Source: Magallana gigas
Lineage: Eukaryota
Length of the DNA stretch: 64,000 nucleotides
Assembly (NCBI RefSeq): GCF_963853765.1
Contig: NC_088855.1
Coordinates: forward strand, 36,338,205-36,402,204
Reading direction: 5' to 3'
Shown: piece after piece, positions 10,517 through 21,198 of the stretch
Position numbering within the stretch: position 1 is the stretch's first letter
Layout of the letters: every line of letters begins with the position of its first letter
The notes under the pieces: generated by a model
Told to the model about the DNA's origin: nothing
Database searches by the model: none
Seen by the model: the letters and a program-made list of their open reading frames with translations, nothing else
Position numbers and translations under genes: made by a program

Positions 10517-12012
10517 TACGAAAGCCCATTGAGCTCATTTTCGTAGGTAAAAAAAAATATTTTTTTCGCGAATAAACGCGAAACTTTCGCGATATAACGC
10601 GTTAGTTTTGCAAATAAACGCGAAACTTTCGCGATATAACGCGAAACTTTCGTGAATAAACGCGTAACTTTCGCGAATAAACGCGAAACTTTCGCGAATA
10701 AATGCGTAACATTCGCTAATAAACGCGAAACTTTCGCGATATAACGCGTAATTTTCGCGATATAACGCGAAACTTTCGCGAATAAACGCGTTAGTTTCGC
10801 GAATAAACGCGTAAGTTTCGCGAATTAACGCGAAACTATTATATAAATATTGTCATTTCATACAGAACACATATGAAGAAAAACGATAGAAAACAAACAC
10901 ATTTTAAGTTTTAATATAATAAAATACTTATTATTCATTATCATTATAATATCCGTGTTACGTTGATTTCTGAAGACAAAATTATCTTTTTTGCATATAG
11001 ATATGAATAAATCTGATAAAACTTTATCATTACATTTTTATATGTTATATGTCCAAAGTAGATAATAAGTTTGAGCATCATATTACGATTTTCAGTTGTT
11101 CGCCGACCCTGTGTTCGAACAGGCATTCATTGATGATCTTTTTCTTATAAAATTGATATAAATTTAACCGCCACAAATCTTTTAAATCTTAGTATTAATT
11201 TTTAAATGAAATATGTGATAAATTTGGAGGACGAATTTACGTCATCTAGATTTGAACAAAAGCTTGAAAATTTCAATTCACAGCTTGACTTATCTCTCTG
11301 ATATAAAACTAGACGTTAAGTTATGTTGCAGCGATAGAATATATATTATAACCTTTTAAACAATGATATCCTTTAAATTCTAAAATGATACCTAATGAAA
11401 CGTTTAATTCGAATTAAAATTGTTATAATTAAAATATGTTGCTGCCTCATTTTCAATAATACAGCGCCCATTAGAATGTGAGAAGCGCGATGCATTATAT
11501 GTTCTTTGAAAATCAGTACTAAGATTTTAAAGATTTCCTACGTTTGAATTTATGTTAATTTGTATAAGGTTAAATCTAATTCATTTACATCTTTATATAA
11601 TATTATTTTGTTTTATTTAAATTAATATATTTGTTTTCAGTAATTATTCTTCATAGGGTTTCTTCTATGAAATAACAATATTTATATTTAAGTTTCGCGT
11701 TTAATCGCGAAAGTTTCGCGTTTATTCGCGAAAGTTTCGCGTTTTTTCGCGGTTTTTTTCGCGAAACTAACGCGTTATATCGCGAAAGTTACGCGTTATA
11801 TCGCGAAAGTTTCGCGTTTATTCGCGAAACTAACGCGTTATATCGCGAAAGTTTCGCGTTTATTCTCGAAAGTTACGCGTTATATCGCGAAAGTTTCGCG
11901 TTTATTCGCGAAAGTAACGCGTTTATTTGCTAAACTTACGCGTTTAATCGCGAAAGTTTCGCGTTTTTTCGCGAAAAAAATAATTTTTTTACCTACGAAA
12001 ATGAGCTCAATG
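10517..12012. mobile_element. Foldback-like non-autonomous element with ~330-bp inverted terminal arms
   Basis: Left arm 10517-10840 and right arm 11690-12012 are inverted complements. Each arm begins 'tacgaaagcccattgagctcattttcgtaggt' and consists of ~20-bp tandem subrepeats (cgcgaaactttcgcgaataaa). The ~850-bp AT-rich centre has no significant ORF. Confidence 0.7.
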
Positions 12013-12411
12013 GGCTTTCGTACCATACACTACATCAGAGACATAAATAACATTGCTATTTATATATCTGACTGCTTAAAGTAATTTTTTAAAATTTCCA
12101 GGCTAAAAGAGAACCCTATTATTCTATCAGGTGTAACTTGTGTATACATAATTACATTGACACTTGTATGTACAAGTATTTTTTTCTCAATAAGGATTGA
12201 GTGACATTTTCTTTTTACACACAACAGCAGTTGAGGTGTGGCATTGGATTCAAATAAAAGATTTCAAACAGATTTTGATCAAATTTTATTACATTGAATA
12301 AAATTGAACACAAACACATTTTCAAACACAAAAAATTACAATCATTTTCAGTTATACAAGTATATGAATATAAAAAAGATATGTACATTTACTTAGAGTG
12401 AAAATTAATGT

Positions 12412-12561
12412 CTACTCCCAACTTTTCGTAACATTTAAATGTTCTAAGTATTTCTTCATAGATACATCAGTAGGCCATGCCTTTTGTTTTTTGGCCTCCT
12501 TTATAGCTTCAAACTTGGCCTGAGGTTTTCCTAATGCTTTCATGGCACCATGTTCTTCCTC
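12412..12561 (-). CDS. Terminal coding exon of an unidentified small lysine-rich protein (EEEHGAMKALGKPQAKFEAIKEAKKQKAWPTDVSMKKYLEHLNVTKSWE*)
   Basis: Clean minus-strand acceptor (tcattgtag). Open frame to stop tag (reverse complement of 12412-14). In phase with the upstream exon. Confidence 0.55.
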   Translation of the reverse strand, partial: EEEHGAMKALGKPQAKFEAIKEAKKQKAWPTDVSMKKYLEHLNVTKSWE

Positions 12562-13706
12562 CTACAATGAATTCAGCCTGATTAAGTACGTAGTAAATTT
12601 GAGAACCCCAGTTTAATAACATATTACTTAGTCCCTGTGTCTGTCAAAGGACTTTGTGCAGTTTGGTCAAATATCTGCCCCCGATTTAAACCAATTTTTA
12701 AATAGTATCATATAAAAATAAAATCTTCACAAATCATTGTATGGAGGATGCCTATAACTTTAATCTTGATTTTAGTCATCATTGCTCATTCACTATTTAT
12801 TTATGACGTCACCTAAATGACCTATTTCCCACAAATTTGCGAACAAATTAAAATATTCTCATTTTTGCTCTATATTTTGCATTCGGAAGTAAAGAGCGCA
12901 GGTCTCCTCAAGTGCGATTTAAACATTTTTTCTTCAGATAGTTATACACATTATGCTAAAATATGGTACTTGAGCAAGCCTGCGCTCGATGTTTCCTAGT
13001 CGAAAAACCATCGGAAAACACCCATATTTTGCTACAAAACATCAATTTATCAAAATAATGCAATCTTCATGACGTCATTTCTACATTATGACGTCACTGT
13101 GGTGATAACCTTTTACACCTTTATTTCCAATATGATTTTAACTATCTTTCACCTTATTTTTAAAGCTCTTTCTAAAACTTTGATTTTGGGGCCAAAAAAT
13201 GCATAAAACCGCACATAGTCCTTTGCTACATGTATTCACCTTCTTAAAATTTTGGTTTAATTATATAATGCAAAATTAATACTGCAGTGAACATTTTTGC
13301 AGCATGAAGAAAATAAAATTTTTAAACTATCATGAAAAAAAAACTGCAATATCATTTTTCTTGATTACCACATATTTATTTCTCAAAATTTCTTGAATAC
13401 CAGGTAATGTGGAATTATTAATTACTTTGACTAAGTTTTGATTTTAAATACTTTTTTTTCTTAATTGGGACATTTGCTACCGTATCAGGAATCTGTCTTG
13501 ACCTTAAACAAAAGGTTAATCCTGGGTAAATGATGAATTAACAAATACAGGTACATGAGTATTTACACTGCACAGGTACATGTACATGCAAACAATATTC
13601 CTGTACAGATTCATTCTAATTTATAAGATGAAAAACTAAAATGAAACATACTGTACATAAATGTCTCTCTGGAAAAGCAGAAAAGATAACCAATGAAAAC
13701 ACCTAC

Positions 13707-13818
13707 CTCTGTAATGTATGGATTTTGTAAAATTTTCACATTGGATTCCTCTCTGATAAATGACTTGACAGCTTTAGCTTTCTGTTTTGAAGTAATGACT
13801 GGCAGATATCGATGTTTG
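13707..13818 (-). CDS. Internal exon of the same unidentified gene (KHRYLPVITSKQKAKAVKSFIREESNVKILQNPYITE)
   Basis: Minus-strand acceptor ttttttattag, donor GAG|GTAGGT. The frame continues into the 12412-12561 exon. Further upstream exons were not located. Confidence 0.5.
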
Positions 13819-14207
13819 CTAATAAAAAATATATATACTAAAATTAAACACTTAATATTTTAGAAAACACTCATATTTACTTCAGTCTCTCCCTATGGTT
13901 ATATTAGAATATTATACAGCAAGTGTCTTCCAAAAAAAAATCATACACTCTACACAATATATGTACTGTAAGTCGTTTTAATTCCACAGTGTTAAAATTT
14001 CACGATTTCTAATTAAGTACCAATCGCGATGATTTTAATTTCACACTGCTAGAAAATCAATTGATCAGAATATAGGCATTAAAACGTTTTTCGAAACTAA
14101 TCGTAGTATTCACGATGGGTTTAATTTTGCGAGAAAATGATGAATCGCGAACATTGTGAAATTAAAACCATCGTGATTACTTGCCAATCTACAGACTGTC
14201 CTAGTTT

Positions 14208-14290
14208 GGCAGATAGCTCAGTTGGTAGGACACCTGACTAGAGATTCAGAGGGTCCAAGTTTGAATCCAGGTCTGGTCTGTCATTATTTC
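14208..14290 (+). other. tRNA-like sequence (probable tRNA-derived SINE head or tRNA pseudogene)
   Basis: 'GCAGATAGCTCAGTTGGTAGGAC' (perfect D-arm consensus) followed by a degenerate anticodon arm and 'GGTCCAAGTTTGAATCCAGG' (T-arm-like with mispaired stem). No clean cloverleaf. Confidence 0.4.
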
Positions 14291-15129
14291 TCCCATCCCA
14301 TTTTAAATACATATTTAGGACTAAATCTAGCATATCTAATTATTTTATTCCAATCTGGAATTGTTCAGTTTTTATTTTTTATCTTAAATGGAGACTGGAG
14401 AGAACTAATATGGGCTTTTTTTTGCCTGCAGAACGATTCATATTCATTTATATTCTCTGTACAGTATATTTCTGAATAAAATATTTCTTAAACTATTATT
14501 TTTTATGATTGCTGCAGAATTGTAGCTCTATGGGGAATTTAGGTTGACATATAGCATTGAGCTACAGTTCCATTCATACAAAAAACTGTGTATCTATGTG
14601 CACAAAAAGTTGTGCACAGTTTTGGACTTGTAAAACTAATTTCGGAATATCTTCTGTAAATACTTTCATACCAAAAAATTCCTGAGAGATTTTACTACAA
14701 CTCACTCCTTTACTTGCCTCAAATGCTAACAGACCTTGGAAAGTGAATTAGTTTAAATTCATGTCGGGATCAAGACTCACAATTTTTACCTGTAAACACC
14801 ACTTCACTTAATAGGGCTATAGTGATGATAGAAATGGCATTAAAAGTAAAATGTCTCAGGAATTTTTTGTATGAAAATTTTCACAGAATCCATCCCTTAA
14901 TTAGGTGAATAAGTCCAAAACCCTATGTGACATTTGGTGCGCAATAAAGTGAATAAATATACAGTTCTTGTATAGATGGATCTGTAACTCTATGGTCTAT
15001 CAACCCATATTTCCTATAGAGCTACAGTTCTGCAGCTGTTTTGTCACCCAGTTACAAACATAGACTTCCCTGTCTGTAGTCAGCATCCCTGTCTGTAGTC
15101 AGGAAACTTGCATCTTAAAATATAGACAT

Positions 15130-15303
15130 CTTCACAGGAACTACGGTACTGCTCTCTTGCAGGGCAAATTGGTATTCTTTGCCGAAGTTTTAGTAGGTAG
15201 ATAATTAAATGACGTAATTGAAACAATTGATGTTATGTCATGTTTCACCAAATTATGTCATTTTGCCATGCAAGAGCGATACTGTAGTTACCGTGAAGGG
15301 GTC
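15130..15303. mobile_element. MITE copy 1 (TIR ...cttcacaggaactacggtactgctctcttgcagggcaaa)
   Basis: ~40-bp inverted termini. AT-rich 95-bp core containing 'gacgtaattg'. Confidence 0.65.
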
Positions 15304-16020
15304 TATTGGTCATCAAACACATTCCGGCAATCTGATATCAGTACCTAGGTTGCATGAATGGCAAGACCAAAATTTTGACTTGTGATGAACACAACACAAA
15401 TCATATTTAAAAATACCTCATATCCTAACCATACTATTATTCATATAAAGTATACCATATTTGCACATGTACGTTAACAACATTTTTTATTTGTGTATAT
15501 GATTTATCATATAAGAATATATAGATCTTATAACGAACAATTCAATACTGGCTTTTAACATTTCTTCACATAGACGTTAACAACATTTTTTATTTGTGTA
15601 TGTGATTTATCATATCTTATAACGAACAATTCAATACTGGCTTTTAACATTTCTTCTTCTCAATTACAAGCATGTCCATCATTGATCGACACAGCTTATA
15701 AATATATGAAAAAGTATAGATACCCTGACGTCATTAACCCAGGCCATTTAGGTCTCTTTTTGAAATACTGCAGCACCCTTGTTAGTTGCATGTTCTTGAT
15801 CAAAGGTGAAAGTAAAAATTTGTGAACTCGTTTACAATCTATTCGTAATGTCAAAGTTCCAAGTAATGTAAACGTAAACAAATGTGAAAATTCTTAATTT
15901 TATAAAGTTTACAGGTTAAAAATATATCTATAGATAAAATCTAAAGTGGAGAAAGACAAGAAAAAGAAATATATTGAACAATTCTACGTACGGTTTAATA
16001 GTGACTGTATTACAAAAAAA

Positions 16021-16108
16021 ATGGCTGCGCCCTTGCTGAGGCACCTTTCGCGAACCAATGTTATTGCAAGACGCACAGTTTTGGCGTTCTCAAAACACAA
16101 CAACGACA
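16021..16108 (+). CDS. MRPL44: MRPL44 exon 1 (MAAPLLRHLSRTNVIARRTVLAFSKHNND; mitochondrial presequence-like)
   Basis: ATG followed by an Arg/Leu-rich presequence. Donor CA|GTATGT. Confidence 0.75.
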
Positions 16109-16257
16109 GTATGTAGTCATATTTAGAAGTTAATATGATAAGATAAATGAAAGCAAACCAACTCTTCAAAATATTTAAAAAACGCAACTCAACTGTAGTT
16201 GATTTTTTTTATAGATTTTCTACCTGAATTTCAGAATTTTCGTTTGTTTACTTACAG

Positions 16258-16375
16258 TGCAATGTCGTTACTTACGGAATTCCAAATCACTACCGCCTTA
16301 TTTAAAAGAACAAGTAGAAAGAAGAACAAAGGTTGGACCAGAACCCAAGAGGCATCCATCAGCTTTTGGCTGCTG
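16258..16375 (+). CDS. MRPL44: MRPL44 exon 2 (MQCRYLRNSKSLPPYLKEQVERRTKVGPEPKRHPSAFGC)
   Basis: Acceptor cttacag, donor tgctg|gtaat. It splices in phase to the next exon, giving '…CWNYDAELFAFGKRL' (human '…[15 protein letters not shown]'). Confidence 0.75.
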
Positions 16376-17455
16376 GTAATTAGGAAAACAAAGATATAGA
16401 ATGTTCTATCGTTAAAATGACAGATGTCCTACGGACCTGGTTTAACGATAGATTTCGTCCCATACACTCACTTCGTAGCAAATTAAAAAAATTAAATCGT
16501 GCTGTATCTCGCCTAAATTTTCATATGATTGGTCTCAAATACCTACAATGTTTTATAATCCCATATTTCCACATTTTTGCAACGAATTCACTTCCACTTT
16601 TAACATCACGTTTGAAAATTCCCTGTTAATGGTTGTCATGTTCATGATAAAATCTGAGACATTCTGAGTGCGATTTTCGACAAAATGGCAGGCAAATTCA
16701 AACGAGTATTTTAACAAAATGCGTTGGTATGTCTCATTAGATAGATATTTTGTGGACTAAACTACATATGCATGTTCAAAAAGGTTTGTAATGTATAAAA
16801 ATTTGTTTTTCCCCTGCAGATTATTTTTTACAGACTTAAAATCGACGCAAAGCTGATCCGCTTCGCGGCTGCTACATTGCAAGTATATGGGACGAATTCT
16901 TACTGTGACCTGAGCGTAGCCTGGTCACGGTAAGATTATTCTTTCTAAGGAAAACAGTGAATACTATGACCAAAAAAAAATTAATCATATAAGAAGATAA
17001 GACTTATCTTAACTGATTTTTTGCCATTCTTTCTTGTAGGTTAAGGAAACATGCCTTAATTGTATGATTAACCTTTTTTAATGAAAAAGAACAATGGCGA
17101 ATATGATGACGAACATATATAATTGGTTTCTGACTGTCTAAACATGTATACTGATTCAACTTTGGGCATTTTTTAAAAACTATTATTTCTGAAAAATTAG
17201 ACTCATGTTTAGAATGTATGGATGATGAAAGCTGTCTAAGACTAAGCAAAACAAAGTTTGAGGCTTTTTGGCCCTTTTTATATTCCTTGGTGGTTGATAG
17301 AACTCAGAAAATGCATTAATATTAATTCCATGGTAATTGTTCAGAATGAATGATGTTCATTCTTTTGAATGACCTTTTATTCAAGCCTTATATTTTTCAT
17401 TTTATGAAGAGCATTTTTATGAACAGAATTTTTAAACATAAAAATTTCATTTCAG

Positions 17456-17542
17456 GAATTATGATGCTGAGCTTTTTGCATTTGGAAAGAGACTTGGGGA
17501 AGATTTTGATGTTGACATCCTGAGAGAGGCTTTCATTTCTAG
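17456..17542 (+). CDS. MRPL44: MRPL44 exon 3 (WNYDAELFAFGKRLGEDFDVDILREAFISR)
   Basis: Strong match to human MRPL44 '[31 protein letters not shown]'. Confidence 0.9.
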
Positions 17543-17916
17543 GTAATGAATGGGGATCTACATATTTAGTACCCATGTATTTCAAATACAAGTGAGTCAT
17601 TGTGACTTGCTTTTAGTTTTGAAAAGTCTTTCTATCAAAATTTGAAGCTTCTGTACAAATTCTGTATGATCTAACTGGTATAACAATTGAAAATAACTTA
17701 AGAGTTTAGATACAAGTAATCATTCATGTCAGGAAGTGTCAAGTAAGTATTTAGTCTTGTTTTTTTAATATGACAAATATTGATCGCTTTTGTAGTGTAA
17801 GTTTTAATTTGTGAAGATAATTGGACATATAAAAACATGTATCAATCTTCTTTAAGTTATAACCATGGGTTCTTAGTTAGAGGTGAAGATAGTTATTAAA
17901 ATTACTTTGTTTGTAG

Positions 17917-18011
17917 ATCATATATTGAAATGGAAATAGAGGAAAGAAAAAAGGTTGGTGTGAAAACACAAATTCCTGATACATCTTGCAATGAAGAGCT
18001 ATCAATAGAAG
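17917..18011 (+). CDS. MRPL44: MRPL44 exon 4 (RSYIEMEIEERKKVGVKTQIPDTSCNEELSIE)
   Basis: tttgtag acceptor, gtatga donor. Phase-consistent. Aligns with 'CYIKSEEAKRQQLGIEKE...'. Confidence 0.8.
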
Positions 18012-18220
18012 GTATGACTCGAGGAATACCTGTAATTACTCAAATTATTCTATCCATTATTTATCCACCAAAATTATTTTATACTTCTTTATGTTTAATT
18101 CATGTATATGATTTTATTTATCAATATGAATTGTTGTTGGTTGGTTTCCTACCTGCAATAAAACTCCCTGTACATGTTCATATGATTAATATTTTTTACT
18201 TTTATTTCTTTTTATTGCAG

Positions 18221-18296
18221 GAAAACAACTTATTCAAAAATATTTGAAGGCATACCTAAGATTTAATTTTCCTTACATGTTTGAGGAAGGAATATG
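18221..18296 (+). CDS. MRPL44: MRPL44 exon 5 (GKQLIQKYLKAYLRFNFPYMFEEGI)
   Basis: ttattgcag acceptor, gtaaga donor. Aligns with 'TQFLEDEYPDMPTEGI'. Confidence 0.8.
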
Positions 18297-18603
18297 GTAA
18301 GAGTCTGTTTCATTTTTTTTTTTACTAAATATACATGTGAATGATTGAATTTTGCATAAAGTGAAATTGTCAAGAAATTTGGAGAGAAAAAAACTAGTAT
18401 CATTGTCTATTTTGATAAGCTACAACAAAGTTAATTTAATTGATCTGATCTAATATCATCTTTTATAATTCATTGTATCATTACTAAATGTTTTTGTGTT
18501 CTTCTTTATCACTCTTTAAGATTATGAATTGATATGTATAGAAAACTAATTGTTGGATAAAAAAATCAGTTCCTATCCAAAATGTACATGACTTTAATTG
18601 CAG

Positions 18604-18688
18604 TGCCATTTGTGAATATCTAATGACAACAGAAATATTAGCCAGTGTTGGAAAGTTAATAGGAGTGAGGGACTTGATCCAGTCGAAG
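18604..18688 (+). CDS. MRPL44: MRPL44 exon 6 (CAICEYLMTTEILASVGKLIGVRDLIQSK)
   Basis: aattgcag acceptor, gtattc donor. Aligns with 'VVCHVARNLAVEQLTLS'. Confidence 0.8.
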
Positions 18689-18822
18689 GTATTCATTACA
18701 TGTCTGCAAATTTTTAAATGTCTGCACTTTCATTGTACAGCAACCCATGTAGTTTGATACAGACTTTCGCTCTCTCTAGAAAACCATTGTTCTTTACTAA
18801 GAAAATTGTTCTTGACTTCCAG

Positions 18823-18894
18823 CATTATCCTCCAACAGATGAGGAAATGGTTGACACATTTATGGCTGTTGTAGCTGCTGTAGCAAAAAGCCAG
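18823..18894 (+). CDS. MRPL44: MRPL44 exon 7 (HYPPTDEEMVDTFMAVVAAVAKSQ)
   Basis: cttccag acceptor, gtatgt donor. Aligns with '[24 protein letters not shown]'. Confidence 0.8.
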
Positions 18895-19128
18895 GTATGT
18901 ATCACTTGGCTGTTGCTCTTCATCAAGAAATGTTAGAAGATATTGAATATTTAAAAAAATCATTTGCAAAAAAAACCCAAAAAAAAACAAATCCAAGAAT
19001 AATTGTTACCATTTTGAGGCAAGTGCAAGACTTCACTGTTTCTGTAAATGTGGAAATTTTTGCAATAAATGATGTACATTTATTTGTATTTTTTAAAAAC
19101 ATTTGACTAATTTTGTTTCTTAAAACAG

Positions 19129-19277
19129 ACGGAGGAGAGGGCTGGGGCGTTCGTAGTGGACTTTCTGGTCCCACGTCTTGTGGGGAAGGACATCAACGAG
19201 ATGTGGAAGTTAGATAACCCCATGGGATTGCTCAGTGCTGTCCTTCAGTCCAGAGGAATGGCAAGCCCAGAATCCAG
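19129..19277 (+). CDS. MRPL44: MRPL44 exon 8 (TEERAGAFVVDFLVPRLVGKDINEMWKLDNPMGLLSAVLQSRGMASPESR)
   Basis: Strong match to human '[49 protein letters not shown]'. Confidence 0.9.
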
Positions 19278-19605
19278 GTACTGTATGCCGTACAAAATAA
19301 AATCTTATACCGTATTGAGAGGGGGGGGGGGGTTGTCATTAAGAAGTACACATACATGTAAAAGGATGGATAGGGAAAAAGAAATTTTGAATCTTTACCC
19401 ACAAATTTAAAACTTTACGGTACTTGTACTTAAGCTACCTCTCTAAAATGGAATTTACCTGTAACTGATAGGTATATGTAATGATTACAACTAAAGAACT
19501 TTTACAATTACAATTTTAAAACCTTTGTATCATAATTTTTTTACTGATGGTTGTATACCCCAGGAAATGTTGGGCATGAAATAGATAAGTGTTGTCGTTT
19601 TGTAG

Positions 19606-19688
19606 ACTTCTGTGGCAGACTGGATGTTCCTCCATTATGTCCCTTTATCATGTTGGAATCTACAGTGATAAGGAACTAATTGGGAGAT
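19606..19688 (+). CDS. MRPL44: MRPL44 exon 9 (RLLWQTGCSSIMSLYHVGIYSDKELIGR)
   Basis: Matches '[29 protein letters not shown]'. tttgtag acceptor, donor AT|GTAAGT. Confidence 0.85.
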
Positions 19689-20284
19689 GTAAGTCTACTT
19701 AACCACATTCTTGTAGGGTTTTTTTTTGGTTAAATTCAAACAGAGGTGCGAAATATTTATTTGTTTTTTAAAATATTAACTTATTTAATTTTGGAAAGCT
19801 TAAGAATTGTAACATCTTCCTCCACAAAAAGTGCAAAAAGAACTTTAAATAAATGTTTATTAAAGATGTTTGATGGTATATTCTGGGTGCATACATTTAT
19901 GCATAAAACTAGTTTTATTTAGGATGAGGTAGAATGATTCCTAGAAAACAGCTTTAGGATTGGTTAATTTGATATACATTTTGATACCGTAGATTTATTA
20001 TTTTACACGAGTACTTAATTCCACAATCGTTTTGCATCAAATCATGAGAATATAAAATTGCCAACACTGAATATTTATCATAGTTTCATTTAGCTTACAT
20101 CTGTCCGCAAAATGAAAGTGATATTTTAAAATCCGCAAGATGTACAATGGAATTCTCACAATTTTTACGGGGATATTAATCTCTGCATTTAATTAGGAAT
20201 CTACAGTAGATGGGCAATTGTGCCTTACATGGATTCTTTGTGAATTTCTCTTGTGAATTTCATGTGAAAAGGGAATTCACTTAA

Positions 20285-20650
20285 TGCTGGTTATGTTCAT
20301 TTTTTCTGCAATGATCGCTACCTTTATACCTGCATGAATCATCAAAGTTTATTTTTATTTTTACATCTGTCTTTTAACAATTTAATGAATTGATTGTAAA
20401 GAGTTAGTAAAAGTAACTAAATAATTGTTAATGTAAGAGTATAACAGTATGATAGTATCAGTTAATAGATAGAATAAAGAGCCGATTCTTCTTATGTATT
20501 ATATTGTGTCTTACATCATCATGATTATTTCATGCAGTCCATGATTTTTCTCCAGTTGTTAAAGGTTTAGACTGATCAATAAACTGGTTAGAGCTGGATT
20601 CTGTAGACTTCAGTCCTGTCAGTTTCTATAGAGCCATGAATCACAATCTG
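20285..20650. repeat. Dispersed composite repeat family, copy 1 (in an MRPL44 intron)
   Basis: Shares 'tttttctgcaatgatcgctacctt...catcaaag...ttaacaa(a/t)ttaatgaattgattgtaaa' and 'catgattatttcatgcagtccatgattt...' blocks with the copies at 41283 and 55389. Confidence 0.6.
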
Positions 20651-20773
20651 TTTTTGTATTAGATAGAGGAGAAAATACTTGGTAGATGTAAAAATATGAA
20701 ATTCATGAGAAAATTTTGCAAGAAATTCATGTGGAGTGAAACTCATGCAAGGCAAATTTTGCTGTGAAATTAA

Positions 20774-20952
20774 CCCCTTCACAGTATCTGCGGTACTACT
20801 CTTTTGCAGGGCAAAATGACATAATTTGGTGAAATATGATGTAACGTCAATTGATTCATTTACGTCATTTAATTACCTAGCTACTAAAATTTCGGCAAAG
20901 TATATCAATTTGCCCTGCAAGAGAGCAGTACCGCAGTTATCGTGAAGGGGTC
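20774..20952. mobile_element. MITE copy 2 of the same family, in the last MRPL44 intron
   Basis: 'accccttcacagtatctgcggtactactcttttgcagggcaaa ... tttgccctgcaagagagcagtaccgcagttatcgtgaaggggtct'. Confidence 0.65.
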
Positions 20953-20986
20953 TATGGAATAAATGAGATGTATTGTTGTATTTCAG

Positions 20987-21198
20987 CCCCAGGTGAGACG
21001 CTTACAATAGCTGAAAAGCAAGCTGCAAAGGAAGCCCTAAAAAACCTGATGAAATCAGACGACAGTCGACCGCCATTTCTATCTAGCTCGAAAGTACCAC
21101 TCAAATCATTGGATCTAGAAAAGAAAAATCCCAGTGCGGACCTGTTATTGAAACTTTACTCCCAGTCAGACACCAGTGCTCAGAGAGCAACTAAATGA
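20987..21198 (+). CDS. MRPL44: MRPL44 terminal exon (SPGETLTIAEKQAAKEALKNLMKSDDSRPPF...RATK*; dsRBD-like tail)
   Basis: tatttcag acceptor. In phase. 'GETLTIAEKQAAKEALKNL' resembles 'GETVLVAEEEAARVALRKL'. Stop at 21196-98. Confidence 0.85.

Noticed and set aside
14208-14290. Calling this a functional tRNA gene
   Set aside because: The anticodon stem and T stem do not pair canonically. More likely a SINE head or pseudogene.
16835-16929. Candidate MRPL44 exon 'LKIDAKLIRFAAATLQVYGTNSYCDLSVAWSR' with a gtaag donor
   Set aside because: No in-phase acceptor exists for it. Exon 2 (16258-16375) splices in phase directly to 17456, reproducing the conserved 'W-N-Y-D…FG' block of MRPL44.
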